Source of the DNA: the human T2T-CHM13v2.0 reference genome, Homo sapiens
NCBI RefSeq assembly: GCF_009914755.1
Contig: NC_060948.1
Length of the DNA: 64,000 nucleotides
Strand: one strand, 5' to 3'
Within the stretch, counting starts at the first letter, position 1, and each line of letters starts with the position of its first letter. The position numbers and the translations under genes are program-made. Under the pieces are notes generated by a model. That model did no database searches, was not told where the DNA came from, and saw only the letters and a list, made by a program, of their open reading frames with translations. Shown here piece after piece: positions 33,455 to 45,525 of this stretch.

Positions 33455-35620
33455 GACGTGGAGTGGACAGTGCAGGTCGTGGTCAGTGGGACCTCCAAAG
33501 GAGGCACCCAGTTCAAATTGGAGGCTCTGCAAGAGAAGGCAGCCAGGGCGTGGAGCACAGAGGCTTTCTTGGGGAAGGAGAAGGTGCTAGTGGTGGACGA
33601 CATCATGGCGGGTGGTACAGGTGGTAGTTGAGGAGAAGGCTGATATGAAGCGGCAGGTGAAGAGCCTGGTCCTTGCCCGAGCATGCCCCAGCCGGTAACA
33701 TACTCGCTGGTGGTCCTTCACTTGGCGCTGGGCTCCGTGAATGCCCCAGGCCTCATGGCCTGCCCGCGGCTGAGGTGGAATCTTTGGCAGAGGGTCCTGC
33801 CCGGCCTGGACGAGGCTATCTACCAGGGCATCTTCGATTTCTGGGCCAGAGCCATATCCTTGAAGCTGCCCATTTGGGATGACTGGCAGCAGGGGGTGGG
33901 CCTCAGGCTTCAGAGGGCGGGGAGCAGGGGACCCAGGCCAGAGGCATACGGGGTCAGCCAGAAGGCAGGGGATGGGGGACAACGAGGGGAGCCGAGGCCA
34001 GGCTCCTGTCGATAGTAAGGCAGGTTGCTTGCGGGTGCCCTGGTAGCACGAGGTAGGGACTGGTAGCCAAGCTGCGCACTCACAAGGAAGAATAGCGGCG
34101 CCAAGGACCCTTCACGCACAGCAGAAAGTTGAAGGGCACGTTTTCCTGGGAACGTTCTTGGAGGAAGGGGAGTCTGCATGTCCATGCCAGCCAGTGAACC
34201 ACTCCCACTCCCCATGTCTGTGTCCAGCAGCCTCACCCCAGAAACAAGGTGCTCAAGGTGGGTTCCTGTTGTACTGGGCTGCTGTCCTCTGCAAAACAGG
34301 CACCAGCTCCCCAGACAGGCTTTCTTCCCTCTGCCTCGCTGCACCCAAAGAGCTGTAGGCCCTGAGCATATATAACCTCCGTTGCGCACACGCCTCCGCT
34401 GCACACACACGAGCCCCGTGGGGAGCGCCAGGCACAGCGCTGCAGTCCCTTCTACCCACAGCGCTTCCCTCAAGTGGACACGCCCACCCCTCAGGGAGAG
34501 CAGGAGAAGAGGGGACCGCACACCTGGACGCTCTCAGCAAAGACTGTCCAGCACCCAGTGCACAAGGGCCACGTGCAGCTCAGGAACTCTGAGGAAACAG
34601 CTGCCTCACACCACAGCACCCCACACCAAAATCCCCCGCCTACTTGTGCTCCCCGCTCTTTGTTGGCAGAGGCTTTCTGGGCCTCTCTCCACCCGCCCAC
34701 AAGACCACCACATCCGCGACTGTGCCCCCAACGCCGGACAGAAACAAGACCACCAGTGGAGGGTGCCATGCCAAAGATCTGGGGAGGTAGCCCTGTCCAA
34801 CACTCTCCCAGCTCTTGCAAAGTTGCAGAGGAGTCGGGAAGGCTCATGCCTGGCACGGCCACCGAGTCATCTGGAGGCTCCCTGACCAGAGGCAGATTAT
34901 GCCGCACACCCAGATGTCGGCCGGGTTCAGAAACCATGAGGAAGTCCTGCTAAGTAAGCTACATGATGGATTTGCAGGTCAGCCTGGGAGCCTGGGGGAG
35001 GGGTCGAGGTCCTGGTCAGGTTGAGGTCTTCCTAAGGCCCGGGGGTGTCTCAGAGGGAGAGCTGGGAAGGGGAAACGCATGCTTCACTCCAGCCAGCAGG
35101 CCCTCAGCACAGCTAAATGAAATGGTCACTTTGAGTCTGTCCTCTTCTTGGCCTGGCAGGTGGAGGAACTCGGCCATCCCAGGTACCGGCAGCAGGATGA
35201 TTTTCCTTTCATCACAAGCTTTGTTTCTTTAATGAAGTAATCGTTAAGGAGAATCGCATTGGCATCCTCGGTAAGGAGGGCCTCCTGGCATTATTGAGGG
35301 GGTGGAGTGTGGGAGGCTAGGCCTGGCATGAGCCTTCCGGACTCCTCTTGCTCTAGGATACAGGGCGTCTGACTCTACCGTAGTCCAGTGGTTCTAGCGT
35401 CATTCAGGAGAAGCTCCCAGCTTCAGGCAGGACACAGCCTAACAGCTTCTTCGGCTGGTTGGCTGACCGTGGCTGTGTACCTTTGTGTACCTTGGTTTTA
35501 GGGGGCCCACCCTCTTGCCCACAGGAGTGCCTCAAACTCAGCTCTTGAGCTGGCAAGCAGGTCGCCGCCGGCTTTGGTAATCCAGCTTCAGAACCCGTGA
35601 AGCCTGCGTGGTAGGGAGAC
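33455..35620 (+). pseudogene. TSPY: TSPY-family unprocessed pseudogene A, 5'-truncated (exon 1 ~33455-33855, exon 2 34896-34977, exon 3 35160-35270, exon 4 35357-~35480)
   Basis: Peptides KGGTQFKLEALQEKA, VLVVDDIMA, QGIFDFWARA, IMPHTQMSA..SYMMDLQ, VEELGHP and YRASDSTVVQWF* align to TSPY1 exons 1-4; donor GT changed to AT after exon 1; 4-bp TAAG duplication in exon 2; stop in exon 4. Confidence 0.92.
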
Positions 35621-37389
35621 GCAAAGAGTTCTCATGGTTCTCAAAAATGGCAGAGGGAAGAGAGAAAGGATGGCTGGCCAGAGCTACCTAGAGGAGATGT
35701 TATTGACCAGAAATGACACAAGGAGAGAAATAAAACCTAGCAGCTGCCTGTGTTTTCATGTGTGTTCGGTCCGGGAAGGCGGACATTCAGAGAAGATGCA
35801 ATGGAGCCTGCGTTACTTTGGGATTCGCTGTGCGGAAATCTCTGTGCACTAGAGAGTGTCCGGCCCATGAGAGAGGAGGACAGCATGTGGGTTCGGCAGG
35901 GCCTGAGTCTCCAGGGAGGCTGGCATTCTCCCCAAGACAGCGCAGGTCTGTAGGTGGAGGAGAAACCCGGGCTGCGGGGTCATCTAGATGGGACACCTAT
36001 CACTTAGCCAGGTGGGAGCTCAGGAGAGGGCCTGGTGAGCAGCGGCCTAACTGGCCGGTGACATCCCGAACCAGTGCTGCATGTGCGCACAAGAGCTTCG
36101 CCCCGAACATCCTCTCCAGGATGCCTCACCTGGGCGGGTAGGAAGCAAGGCATACAATATCCTAAGCTTATGGTCATGAGTGGTCCCAGAGGGGGGTCCC
36201 CAGGATCACTTGTCCCAGGAGAGGCAGGCATGCAGGGTCTCTTCAGGACAAGGGTAAAATGCATAAGCCCAGTTCTCCTCCCGGTGAGTGTCTTGCCCTG
36301 ATGATGTCAGCCATGGCACATACAGTTCTTCCACCTAGATTGCAGATGCACAGGCTTAAGACTTCGCCCCCGCCTTTTCCAGGACGGGCCCCTGGAGTCT
36401 GGAACAACCGGTGCCCCACGAGTGTTCCTTCCCAGACTCTAAGCTCACAGGAGGCTCAGTGAGGACTCTCCTCCCAGTATATGGCCACCCACAGGCACTG
36501 TCAGCAACCTAGGGCCCTTCTACATTCCGGGGTCCTGCCATCTTACCCAGCAGCAGGATAATGGGAAGGGAAAGAGCTGGAACAGAGCAGAGGCCACAAG
36601 CCTCACCCTGATGCATGGCAAGAGAATTGGCGGATCCTTCCCAGCCCAGGGAGCTGCTTCACAAACACACCTGGAAGCCCAGCACAAGCTGAGGGCTTCA
36701 CTTTGCCACAGCTGGGCATGGGGGATTTCAATGTGTGCTGGAGACCTTGATCCTGGTCACCCTACCAGGTGCACCTCTCCTCCAGGTCACATTATGTGAC
36801 ACCTTCCTTAACCCAGATGGACTCCTTCTCTTCACCACACGATATTAGAACTGTTATTCCTTGTGCCCCACCCTGTTTCAAGGTGCAGAGACTGACCAGC
36901 AGACCCCTGAGTCCCTGTCCTCCTCTCCAAATAATATCCATAGAAATAGTAAAAGAGTGGCACATTAGACCCCATGACATTTTTAAGGCTTAGCTCTTTA
37001 TAAGCATTTCATCCAGATATTTATGAGTTTATCTCATTTATTTTATTGATTTATAGCTCTCATTTCAAAATCAATTTTTGCTTGAGTTATTTCAACATAT
37101 AACAAAATATTCAGAGCTATGACATATAGGTTTCAAGTTTAAAAGTCTGTATCTGCTATTATGCTGGGGAAAACCCATCCAACACTTATAAAAATAAGTA
37201 ATTATTAGGCATGGCCACTGTAATTGTCTAAAACACATTTTGAAATTCTTTGCAAATCCATTTGAAAATATTCTTGATGTGACTGAACACAGTGCTTGCT
37301 TCTAATGAATGGAAAACAGTGCAACCATTTTCTGGAAACTGAGCCACCTCTGGCCTAGGGTAGAAAATGCAGCTCTGACTAAGTCTCCT

Positions 37390-37762
37390 GCTCTCATGTG
37401 GACAAACCCCTCAGGAGCCCCCCACCAATACATGACGAAGTCTAACACCCTAATAACACTATGCAGAAAGGGCATCCCATGGAGAGACTCATAGAAATAG
37501 AACAAGATGCCTAAGGATCTCAGCAGTCCAGCCCCCGATATGTGAGTTATGCTAGCCATGGCACCAGGGAGATGAGAAGACACCTGACAATGTCCTCATC
37601 CTGAGCCATCACTAGATTGCATCCTCCTGAGTGCCCCTGAACCACAGTCATTTGGCTGAGAGACTGTGGAAGATTGCAGAGACTGACAGTTAGTAAACTA
37701 CAATCATTATTTTAAGCCAGTAAGTTTGGATAATTTTGAAAAGCAGTTTAGACACCTAGAAA
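37390..37762 (+). mobile_element. MLT1-type MaLR LTR remnant
   Basis: 3' motif tattttaagccagtaagtttggataattttg...gcag. Confidence 0.5.
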
Positions 37763-38204
37763 AACTGAGTTGTCTACTGATTTGAGTAATTGCGGAGAAC
37801 TTTAAAGGCCAATGTCATGAGTGTTATTACCCTGGAAAGGTCAAACCATCAAGGCTCTTCTAAACACAACAGATATGTAATGTCCCTTTGCTATGGCTGT
37901 AGAATAATCTAACATGAATCTGATAGAGGTTTTTGAAAGCCCCTGTTCACATCTCTTGGCTGGGTATGGGTCAACTCTGATCTGGTTTAATTCTAGTCAA
38001 CTGTAGCAACTCATCTTTCTTTTTAGGTCCTGGCCTACACTGATCTTTTGATCACTGTTTGTGTCTGTGTCTGTGTGTGTATATTTTGCGTGTTACCATA
38101 TTTTATCCGAAGGGGCTAAATAATAGTACTATAGTTGTTTTTTAAACATAAAGCATTCCAGGAAGACAATATTACTAATCAACTGAGCTTTAGAACAGAT
38201 ATGA

Positions 38205-38513
38205 GGCAGGGCACGGAGGCTCACACTTGCACTCCCAGCAGTTTGGCAGGCTGAAGTGGGTGGATCTCTTGAAATCAGGAGTTTGAGACAAGCCTGGCCA
38301 ACATAGCAAGATCCCATGTCTGATATCATACCAAAGCTAGATGGGCATGGTTGCCTATGGATGAAAACCCAGCTACTCCAGAGGCTGATGCAGGATAATC
38401 CATTGAACTCCAAGGACAGAGTTTGCAGTGAAGTAAGATTACACCACTGCTCTCCAGTCTGGGCACCAGAGCAAGACTCTGTCTCAGAAATAAAAATAAA
38501 TAAAATAATAAAA
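38205..38513 (+). mobile_element. Diverged Alu
   Basis: Alu dimer with A-rich tail. Confidence 0.88.
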
Positions 38514-38551
38514 GAGATAGGAGAGATCACTGAGGAGAGAAATGCATAAAA

Positions 38552-38858
38552 CTGGGTGAACATTGTGGCTCATGCCTGAAATCCCAGCATTTTGAGAGGC
38601 TGAGGGGAGTGGATCACTTGAGGACAGGAGTTCAGGACCAGACTGAGCAAACATTGTGAAACCCTGGTCTCCACTAAAAATAATAATAAAAAATATTAGC
38701 CAAGATTGTTGTCATACGCCTGCAGTTGCAGCTACTTGGGTGGGTGTTACTGGAGAAATTCTTGAACCCAGGATGGGGAGGTTGCAGTGAGCTGAGATTA
38801 CTCCAATGCACTCCAGCCTAGGTGACAGAGCAGAATTCTGTCTAAAAAAAAAAAAAAA
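38552..38858 (+). mobile_element. Alu
   Basis: Alu dimer with poly-A. Confidence 0.9.
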
Positions 38859-38930
38859 GCGAAAGAGAGATAGAGAAAGGAATGAAAGAAGAAAGAAAGA
38901 ATGAAAGAAAGAAAGAATGAATGAAAGAAA

Positions 38931-38976
<46 letters not shown>

Positions 38977-39110
38977 AGAGAAGAGAGAGAAGAGAAGAGA
39001 AGAGAAGAGAAGAGAAGAGAAGAGAAGAGAAGAGAAGAGAAGGGAGAGAGGGAGGGAGGAAGCAAGGAAGGAAAGAAGGAAGGAAGGAAGGAATAAAAGC
39101 AAAAGGAAAT
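38859..39110. repeat. Compound polypurine STR (GAAA)n(GAGAA)n(GGAA)n
   Basis: Directly visible, extending from the Alu tail. Confidence 0.95.
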
Positions 39111-39689
39111 GAATAAAAAATAATTGACATTTTGCCCATTATCCTCATGAATTTTGACCTATGTTTAAAATAATATTTAGGTCTCTAGTGGACTAACTGA
39201 AACTTTAAAATAAGCTGGTATATATTGTCAAAATTACTCATGTAACTATGGTGTTAAGTAAGATTCTTGTAGTTTTCAGCAACCAAATCTAATTGACATT
39301 TGTCATCAAATCACATAGCATTAGGGGCAGGGTAGTTTGTGTTATGCTGCCTAATCTACACTAAATTAAAATTAAATCAAATCTGCAAAAGATTTTATAG
39401 TTACTATTACCAGTAAAGACTGTTTTGTTTCCTGACTTCTGGAGGGTTTTATTTCCACAGTTTTGATGGCTCTGGCAGAATGCCTTCCTTGTCAAAACTC
39501 ACCCCTTATCATCACAGTATACATGTGTTCAGAGATCAAGGGGAAACAGCATCCACTCCCACTGCTTTCCTGCATTGGTTCCCATTCACAAGCAAATGTG
39601 TGTGTTAGTGACTATCAAATACTCATATATTTGATCAAGGAAATTTGTGTTTCCAAACTATAAAACAAAAATATTACTATCAGTAGTAT

Positions 39690-39842
39690 TTTTATTATTT
39701 ATTTACTTAGAAGCAGCGTCCTGCTGTGTCACCAGGCTGAATCATATATCACTGCAGTCTCAGACTTTTGGGCTCAGAGGATCCTCCAACATCAGCCTCC
39801 CAAAGTACTGAAATTACAGGCTTGAGCCATTTTACCCAGCCT
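39690..39842 (-). mobile_element. Alu monomer/fragment
   Basis: ccaggctg...cagcctcccaaagtactgaaattacaggcttgagcca. Confidence 0.75.
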
Positions 39843-40216
39843 CAAGTTTAGAGATAAAGGGTAATGAAGATACTGTAAACCATATAAATAAACATAATTG
39901 CAGGTTCTCTAGAGAGTTGTAAGAAACCTCTGAAAAACTTCCATTGTGGACAAGGCTGCTGGCAACAATGTAATGCAGGCAAAGGAGCGGGTCCTTCCCC
40001 AGTGATAATTCAGATGATATGAGAGACCAGCTTGGTATTTCTATTGCAGCATTTTGAGAGAACGTGAAACATAGGTGTGTCCTGTTGTGTGTGTGTGTGT
40101 GTAAGCATGTATACATAACCGGTTGAACAAACTAGGATCACTCACACAATGGAATATGATGCAGCTGTTTGTAGATCTGGTAGAAATTATTCTGAATCTA
40201 TCGGTTCCTGGGCCGT

Positions 40217-40305
40217 TTTTTATTTTATTTTATTTTATTTTATTTTATTTTATTTTATTTTATTTCATTTTATATTTTATTTTATTTTATTTTTATTTTA
40301 TTTTT
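40217..40305. repeat. (TTTTA)n within a minus-strand L1 fragment
   Basis: Pentamer run flanked by ctggtagaa...tgaatctatc and tttattactgattccatttcag. Confidence 0.85.
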
Positions 40306-41721
40306 GGCTGGTGGGTTATTTATTACTGATTCCATTTCAGAAATTGAAATTGGAAAGGCTAGAGCTGAGACTGGGTCCACTTAGATTCTGTTGTCGAACA
40401 GAATTACAAGGCATGCCTCTAATTTTGTCTGCAGTGGTTACTGGAAGGTCTCTGTACAGATGGGCTAGTTTTCTGCCTGCAGCAGGAGGGCATGGGGCTG
40501 AAAATCAGCTCCCTTGGCATCTGCTGTTAAACAGATCATTTAGAGCCTCATCTCTACTAAGAAAGTTGCATGTTGCCCAGAAAGTTTCTCAAAGATTATG
40601 TAGTTCCCTGACTAAAGTAGAAGGGCCAGAGCTGAAAGTGGGTCCCCCGCATAGGGGACAGAGGCTGGAGAGTCTAGATACATTTTCTGCTGGACAGAGC
40701 CTGGATAGACTACATTCATTGGCTCAGACTGGCATGTTCCCCAGCAGGGTAGTTGCTTCCCAGCAGCAGTGGCAGGAGATGGAGCTGAGACTGGAATTCT
40801 CTGTTTCTCAATAAATCATGTGCTTTAGAGATTCTAACGCCCCAGTGATTTCCATTAGGTATATCCGAAGTGAACTTTCTTCCAGGGGTACCAAGCCTTA
40901 TTACATAAGCTACTTGCCCACTGGGTCCAGGTAGGTCAAGGAACTTCATCCTTAACCACTAAATTGTCTCTATTTTTCAGCCTGGGGAGGGTAGAGTACA
41001 CAGGGCTAGGATGGTCAAAAGTATGGAAGCTAGCATTAGGTGGGGTCACATGCCGCTTCTGTGGATAATCACCAAGCTGCCTCTTTGTCACAGCCTTGGA
41101 AGTTTTGCAGAGAAAACCAGGGTGGGATTTGGAAGTTGGCCAGTGATTTGAGCCTGGCAGATGCATCAACCATGGTTGGTTGCTGCAGAATGATGCTGTT
41201 GCCTAGTTTCTCTGGTGGTGCACCTCTGCTGGCTAGAATGCAAAGCCACCAGTAAGATTAGTGTTACAGTCACTGTGAGCCCCATCCCTGTAGTTTGTTT
41301 CTAACTGACCCCAGTTGTCTGACACCCCTAATGTTTCCCACAGGGTAAGACTAGAAAGAACATCATGTGAAGAATTGCAAAATGGAAAAGAAATGGCTGA
41401 TACACTTTCGACTTTCCCCTCTCTGAAGAAACTGAGTCCAGCGAAATTTTTTGTATGCAACACTGTGCTGGCTTGGGGAGGAGAAAAATCATCAAGTTAA
41501 AACTGATCTTTTATCCTATGTGTGTGGCTATTCTCAGTTCTACAGTCAAAAAAGGTGTCATAGATTCAATCTGAAGTTACAGAATCATTCACTAAGGTGT
41601 CCTTATCTAAGGATAGTTGAATTGAGTTTTTTTTGCGGAGAGGGAGGAAATTAACAGAATCACAGAATGCCTATTCTGCCACATCAGACCCTAGAAACAG
41701 ACAATTTAAAAGACTGTTACA

Positions 41722-42052
41722 GGTTGAGCACAGTGGCTCATGCCAGTAATCCCAGCACTTTGGGAGGCTGAGGCAGGCATATCATATGGTCAGGAATTCA
41801 ATTCCATCCTGGCTAACACAGTGAAATGCCCTCTCTACTAAACATACAAAACAAAAAAAATTATCTGGGCCTGGTGGCATGTGCCTGTCATCTCAGCTAC
41901 TTCAAAGGTTGAGGCAGGAGGATATCTTGAACCTGGGAGGTGGAGGTTGAAGTGAGCTAAGATTATGCCACTGTACTCCAACCTAGGTGAAGAGTGAGAC
42001 TCAATCTCAAACAAACAAACAAACAAACAAAAAACATAAAACAACAACAAAA
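41722..42052 (+). mobile_element. Alu with (AAAC)n tail
   Basis: Alu dimer. Confidence 0.92.
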
Positions 42053-42253
42053 TACTAGTCCTGAGGGTGCAGTTTAAAAGGTTGGGGTGCTTTCATGGAG
42101 AAGCTGAAAGCTTGGGCAAGCCAAGGGTTGGATTTAAGGGAGAGCTCACAGGACAATTGAAAACCACCTCTTTGTCCTCTGTGGAATGCAGGAAATAGTG
42201 AATGCTGATCTCCACTGCTTACTGATACAGGCAAGTTATCAGCCAGACACATA

Positions 42254-42675
42254 TGTCTTGTCTGTTTGTATTCCTATAAAAGAATATGAGGCTGGAAAAT
42301 TTATAAAGAAAAGATCTTTCACTGGCTCCTGGTTCTGCAGTCTGTAAAAGATGTGTGGTGACAACATCTGCATCTGGTGAAAGCCTCACGAGGCTTCCAC
42401 CCAGGACAGAAGGTAAAAGGAAAACAGGCATGTGGAGAGAGCAAGAAAGAGAAGGGGAGAAGAAAATCTTTTGAACTAACTATTTGGATGTAAGCTCCAT
42501 TGTGGGAACAAATACAGTAGACAACTCACTTATTACCCATGGCAAGGGTGCCAAGCCATTTATGAGGCATCCATCCCCATGACACAAACAAACACCTCCC
42601 ACTAGGTGCCATTTACAGTGTGGAGGACCACATTTCATCCTGAGGCTTGGAGGGACAAATGTCCAAACTATATCA
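42254..42675 (+). mobile_element. MST-type MaLR LTR
   Basis: aatttataaagaaaaga...tggctcctggttctgcag start; ggagggacaaatgtccaaactatatca end. Confidence 0.85.
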
Positions 42676-43011
42676 ATAGGAAAGTTTAAAAATCATGCAG
42701 AGTTATTGTCAAACAATCCTTTTTTCCTCTTTAGAATCCTGGGACTACAAAAAGCTGGGCTTCATTAGCTTCCAGACATTGGCAAGTTAGTATTCAAATT
42801 CTTAGGCTGCAACCTGAGAAGTCAGGGCAATAGTTGGGTAGTTTGACTTCTTGGAAGTAAAATTTAGTAGCTCAGTATATTGCTAGAGTGAGTGATGATG
42901 AAGACCGATGAGAAATGCCTGTGTGCCTGCTCTCAGAGGACCTTGACAGATCCAAAAGTCAGGAGAATTAGAAGCAAGATAACTGAGCAGAAGCTATAAA
43001 AGTCAAGACAT

Positions 43012-43310
43012 GGCCAGGTGCAGTTGCTCATGCCTGTAATCCCAGACCTTTGGGAGACTGAGCCAGGTGGATAACCTGAGGTCAGGAGTTCAAGACCAGC
43101 CTGACCAACATAGTGAAACCTTGTGTCTACTAAAAACTACAAAAGCTAGCCTGGCATGGTGATAGGCACCTGTAATCCCAGCTTCTCTGTAGGCTGAGGC
43201 AGGTGAATCACTTTAGCCTGGAAGGCAGAGGTTGCAGTGAGCCGAGATTGTGCCATTGCACTGCAGCCTGGGTGACAGAGAAAGACTCTGTCTCAAAAGA
43301 AAAAAAAAAA
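43012..43310 (+). mobile_element. Alu (AluS-like)
   Basis: Alu dimer; TSD aaaagtcaag(a/g)c(a/g)t. Confidence 0.94.
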
Positions 43311-44107
43311 GTCAAGGCGTTAGATGTACAATCTAAGTTTTTTGAGGTACAAAGTGGAAGCTGGGCTTTCTTGACTGCTTGAGATCCAGTAAGCCAGGAG
43401 GAAACAGTTTCAGAAGTGCTTGAATATCTATTTAAATCCCTCTTTTATCTTAGAGGTCCTAGGAGAGTTATGAATGCCAATCTGTGTTAGAATCCAGAGA
43501 ATGGCAAGTTAGGAATCATTTCATTGAGAAGGAGCTGTAACAGTTGGGGCATTACATATGTGGTTTAATATTTCAGTTCTCTGAGAGAAGCTGTGAAATA
43601 ACAGATACCTATTGATTCTAGGGCACTGGGTCAGACATAAACTATAGAACAAGATCATGATTCAGTTTTTCTTACCTCTTTTTAAGTGAGTAATTTTATA
43701 GTCATATGTGCAAGAGTATCTCAACTAGTTTGTGAGTTTATCTCATAGGGAATTGATGTTGGCATGGCTTTTTATTTGTTGCATTTGTAGATGGAGGAAC
43801 AAATTAGAGCCTCCTATTTTACCATGTTTTTGGAGATACATTTTTATTAATTTTTTACTTATTTAAAAAAATTTGTACATAACAGTTGTAGATACTTTTG
43901 GCATACATGTGATATTTTGATACAAGCAATATGTACTGGTAAAGAAGAGATCAAACAGGGATGGGGTGGGTTAAATTATAGTTGCTTAGGAGGAATAAGA
44001 TCTAGTGTTAAGAAGCACAGAATGACTACACTTAATAATGATTTATGGTACATCTCAAAAGAATTAAAAGAGCAAAGGTGGAATGTCACTCATACCAAGA
44101 AATGACA

Positions 44108-44410
44108 TGCCAGACTCAGTGGCTCAGGGCTATAATCATAACAATTTGGGAGGCCAAGGAGGGAGGATCACATAAGCCTTGGAGTTTGAGACCAAACTGA
44201 ACAATATATCCAAAGCATTGTCTCTACCACACACACACAAACACAAAAGCTGGGCATGGTGGTGTGTGTTTGTAATTCCATCTTCTTGGGAGGTTGAAAT
44301 GGAAGGCTCATGCATTTGAACCCAGGAATTCAAGGTTGCAGTGAGCTACCATGGTGCCACTGCTGTCCAGGCTGGACAACAGAATGAGACCCTGTCTCTA
44401 AAAAGAAAAA
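44108..44410 (+). mobile_element. AluJ-like, inserted in an L1MA 3' fragment
   Basis: Alu dimer with (CA)n linker. Confidence 0.88.
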
Positions 44411-44477
44411 AGACATTACAAGTGTTCGAACTGAAGGATACCCTATTTATTTATTATTTATATATTTGCTGATTTAT

Positions 44478-44774
44478 ATAATTATTTTTGAGTTGGAGTC
44501 TTGCTCTGTCACCCAGGCTAGAGTGCATGGTGCAATATCAGCTCACTGAAGCCTCAGTCTCCCAGGTTCAAATGATTCTCTTGCCTGAACCTCCCAATTA
44601 ACTGTAACCTACCACAGGTGTGTGCCACCATGCCCGGCTAACTTTTGTATTTTTGGTAGAGATGGGGTTTCATGGTCTTGGCCAGCCTGGTCTTGAACTC
44701 CTGACCTAAAGTGATCTGCAAGCCTTGGCTTCCCAAAGTGCTGGAATTGAAGACCTGAGCCATTATACCTGGAC
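44478..44774 (-). mobile_element. Alu
   Basis: Reverse Alu dimer. Confidence 0.9.
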
Positions 44775-45251
44775 AGCAAGATACACAACACTAGGGAGTT
44801 TTATCTTTTCACTTCATCCTCACAATCCTACATTATAGGTGAATGAAAACACAACTTCATAACATGAATAACTCACTTGAAAATAAAAGTTGGTAACTTC
44901 TCCCTTTAAAATTATTTCCATCCTTACACTATAAAAATTGATGATCTTGTCAAAATCTTATCAAGAAAACACTTCCTCCTTACAGATTAGTCTGTTAATT
45001 GTAAGAATTATGGACTGTAAAACTTCTGGAACTTCATGTATTTCACTTCTGTCAGTTGTATAATCAGGAAAATTAATTGCTTTAGTTATTTAGGTCCAAA
45101 TCTTTTTATTTTTATCATTCAATGATGCCTTAAGCCTTTAAGCAATCCCCTGTCTGAAACTTTATGCTGTTGTTTTATGTTTTATACACTTCTCTTCCCA
45201 AAAGTATGAGGCTTAAAGTGCTTCCATTTATATCATTTATTAAATCTGATA

Positions 45252-45525
45252 GGCTGAGAGCTCATGCCTGTAATCTTAGAACTTTGGGAGTCTGAGGAGG
45301 GTGGATCAGGATTTTAAGAACAGCTTGGCAAATATGGTGAAATGCTGTCTGTACTAAAAATACAAAAAATTAACCAGCTGTGGTGCATACACATCTAATA
45401 CCAGTTACTCAGGATGCTGAGGCAGGAGATAGCTTGGACCCAGAAGGCGGAAATTTCAGTAAGCCAGCATGGAACCACTGCACCCCAGCTTGGGTGACAA
45501 AGCTACACTCCATCTCAAAAAAAAT
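45252..45525 (+). mobile_element. Diverged Alu
   Basis: Alu dimer with small deletions. Confidence 0.85.

Noticed and set aside
33910-34953. Overlapping 150-200 aa ORFs on both strands
   Set aside because: They lie in GC-rich TSPY intron 1, where stops are rare; the frames are not maintained in paralogue B
40149-40814. 221-aa ORF
   Set aside because: Runs through (TTTTA)n and an L1 fragment; no recognisable homology
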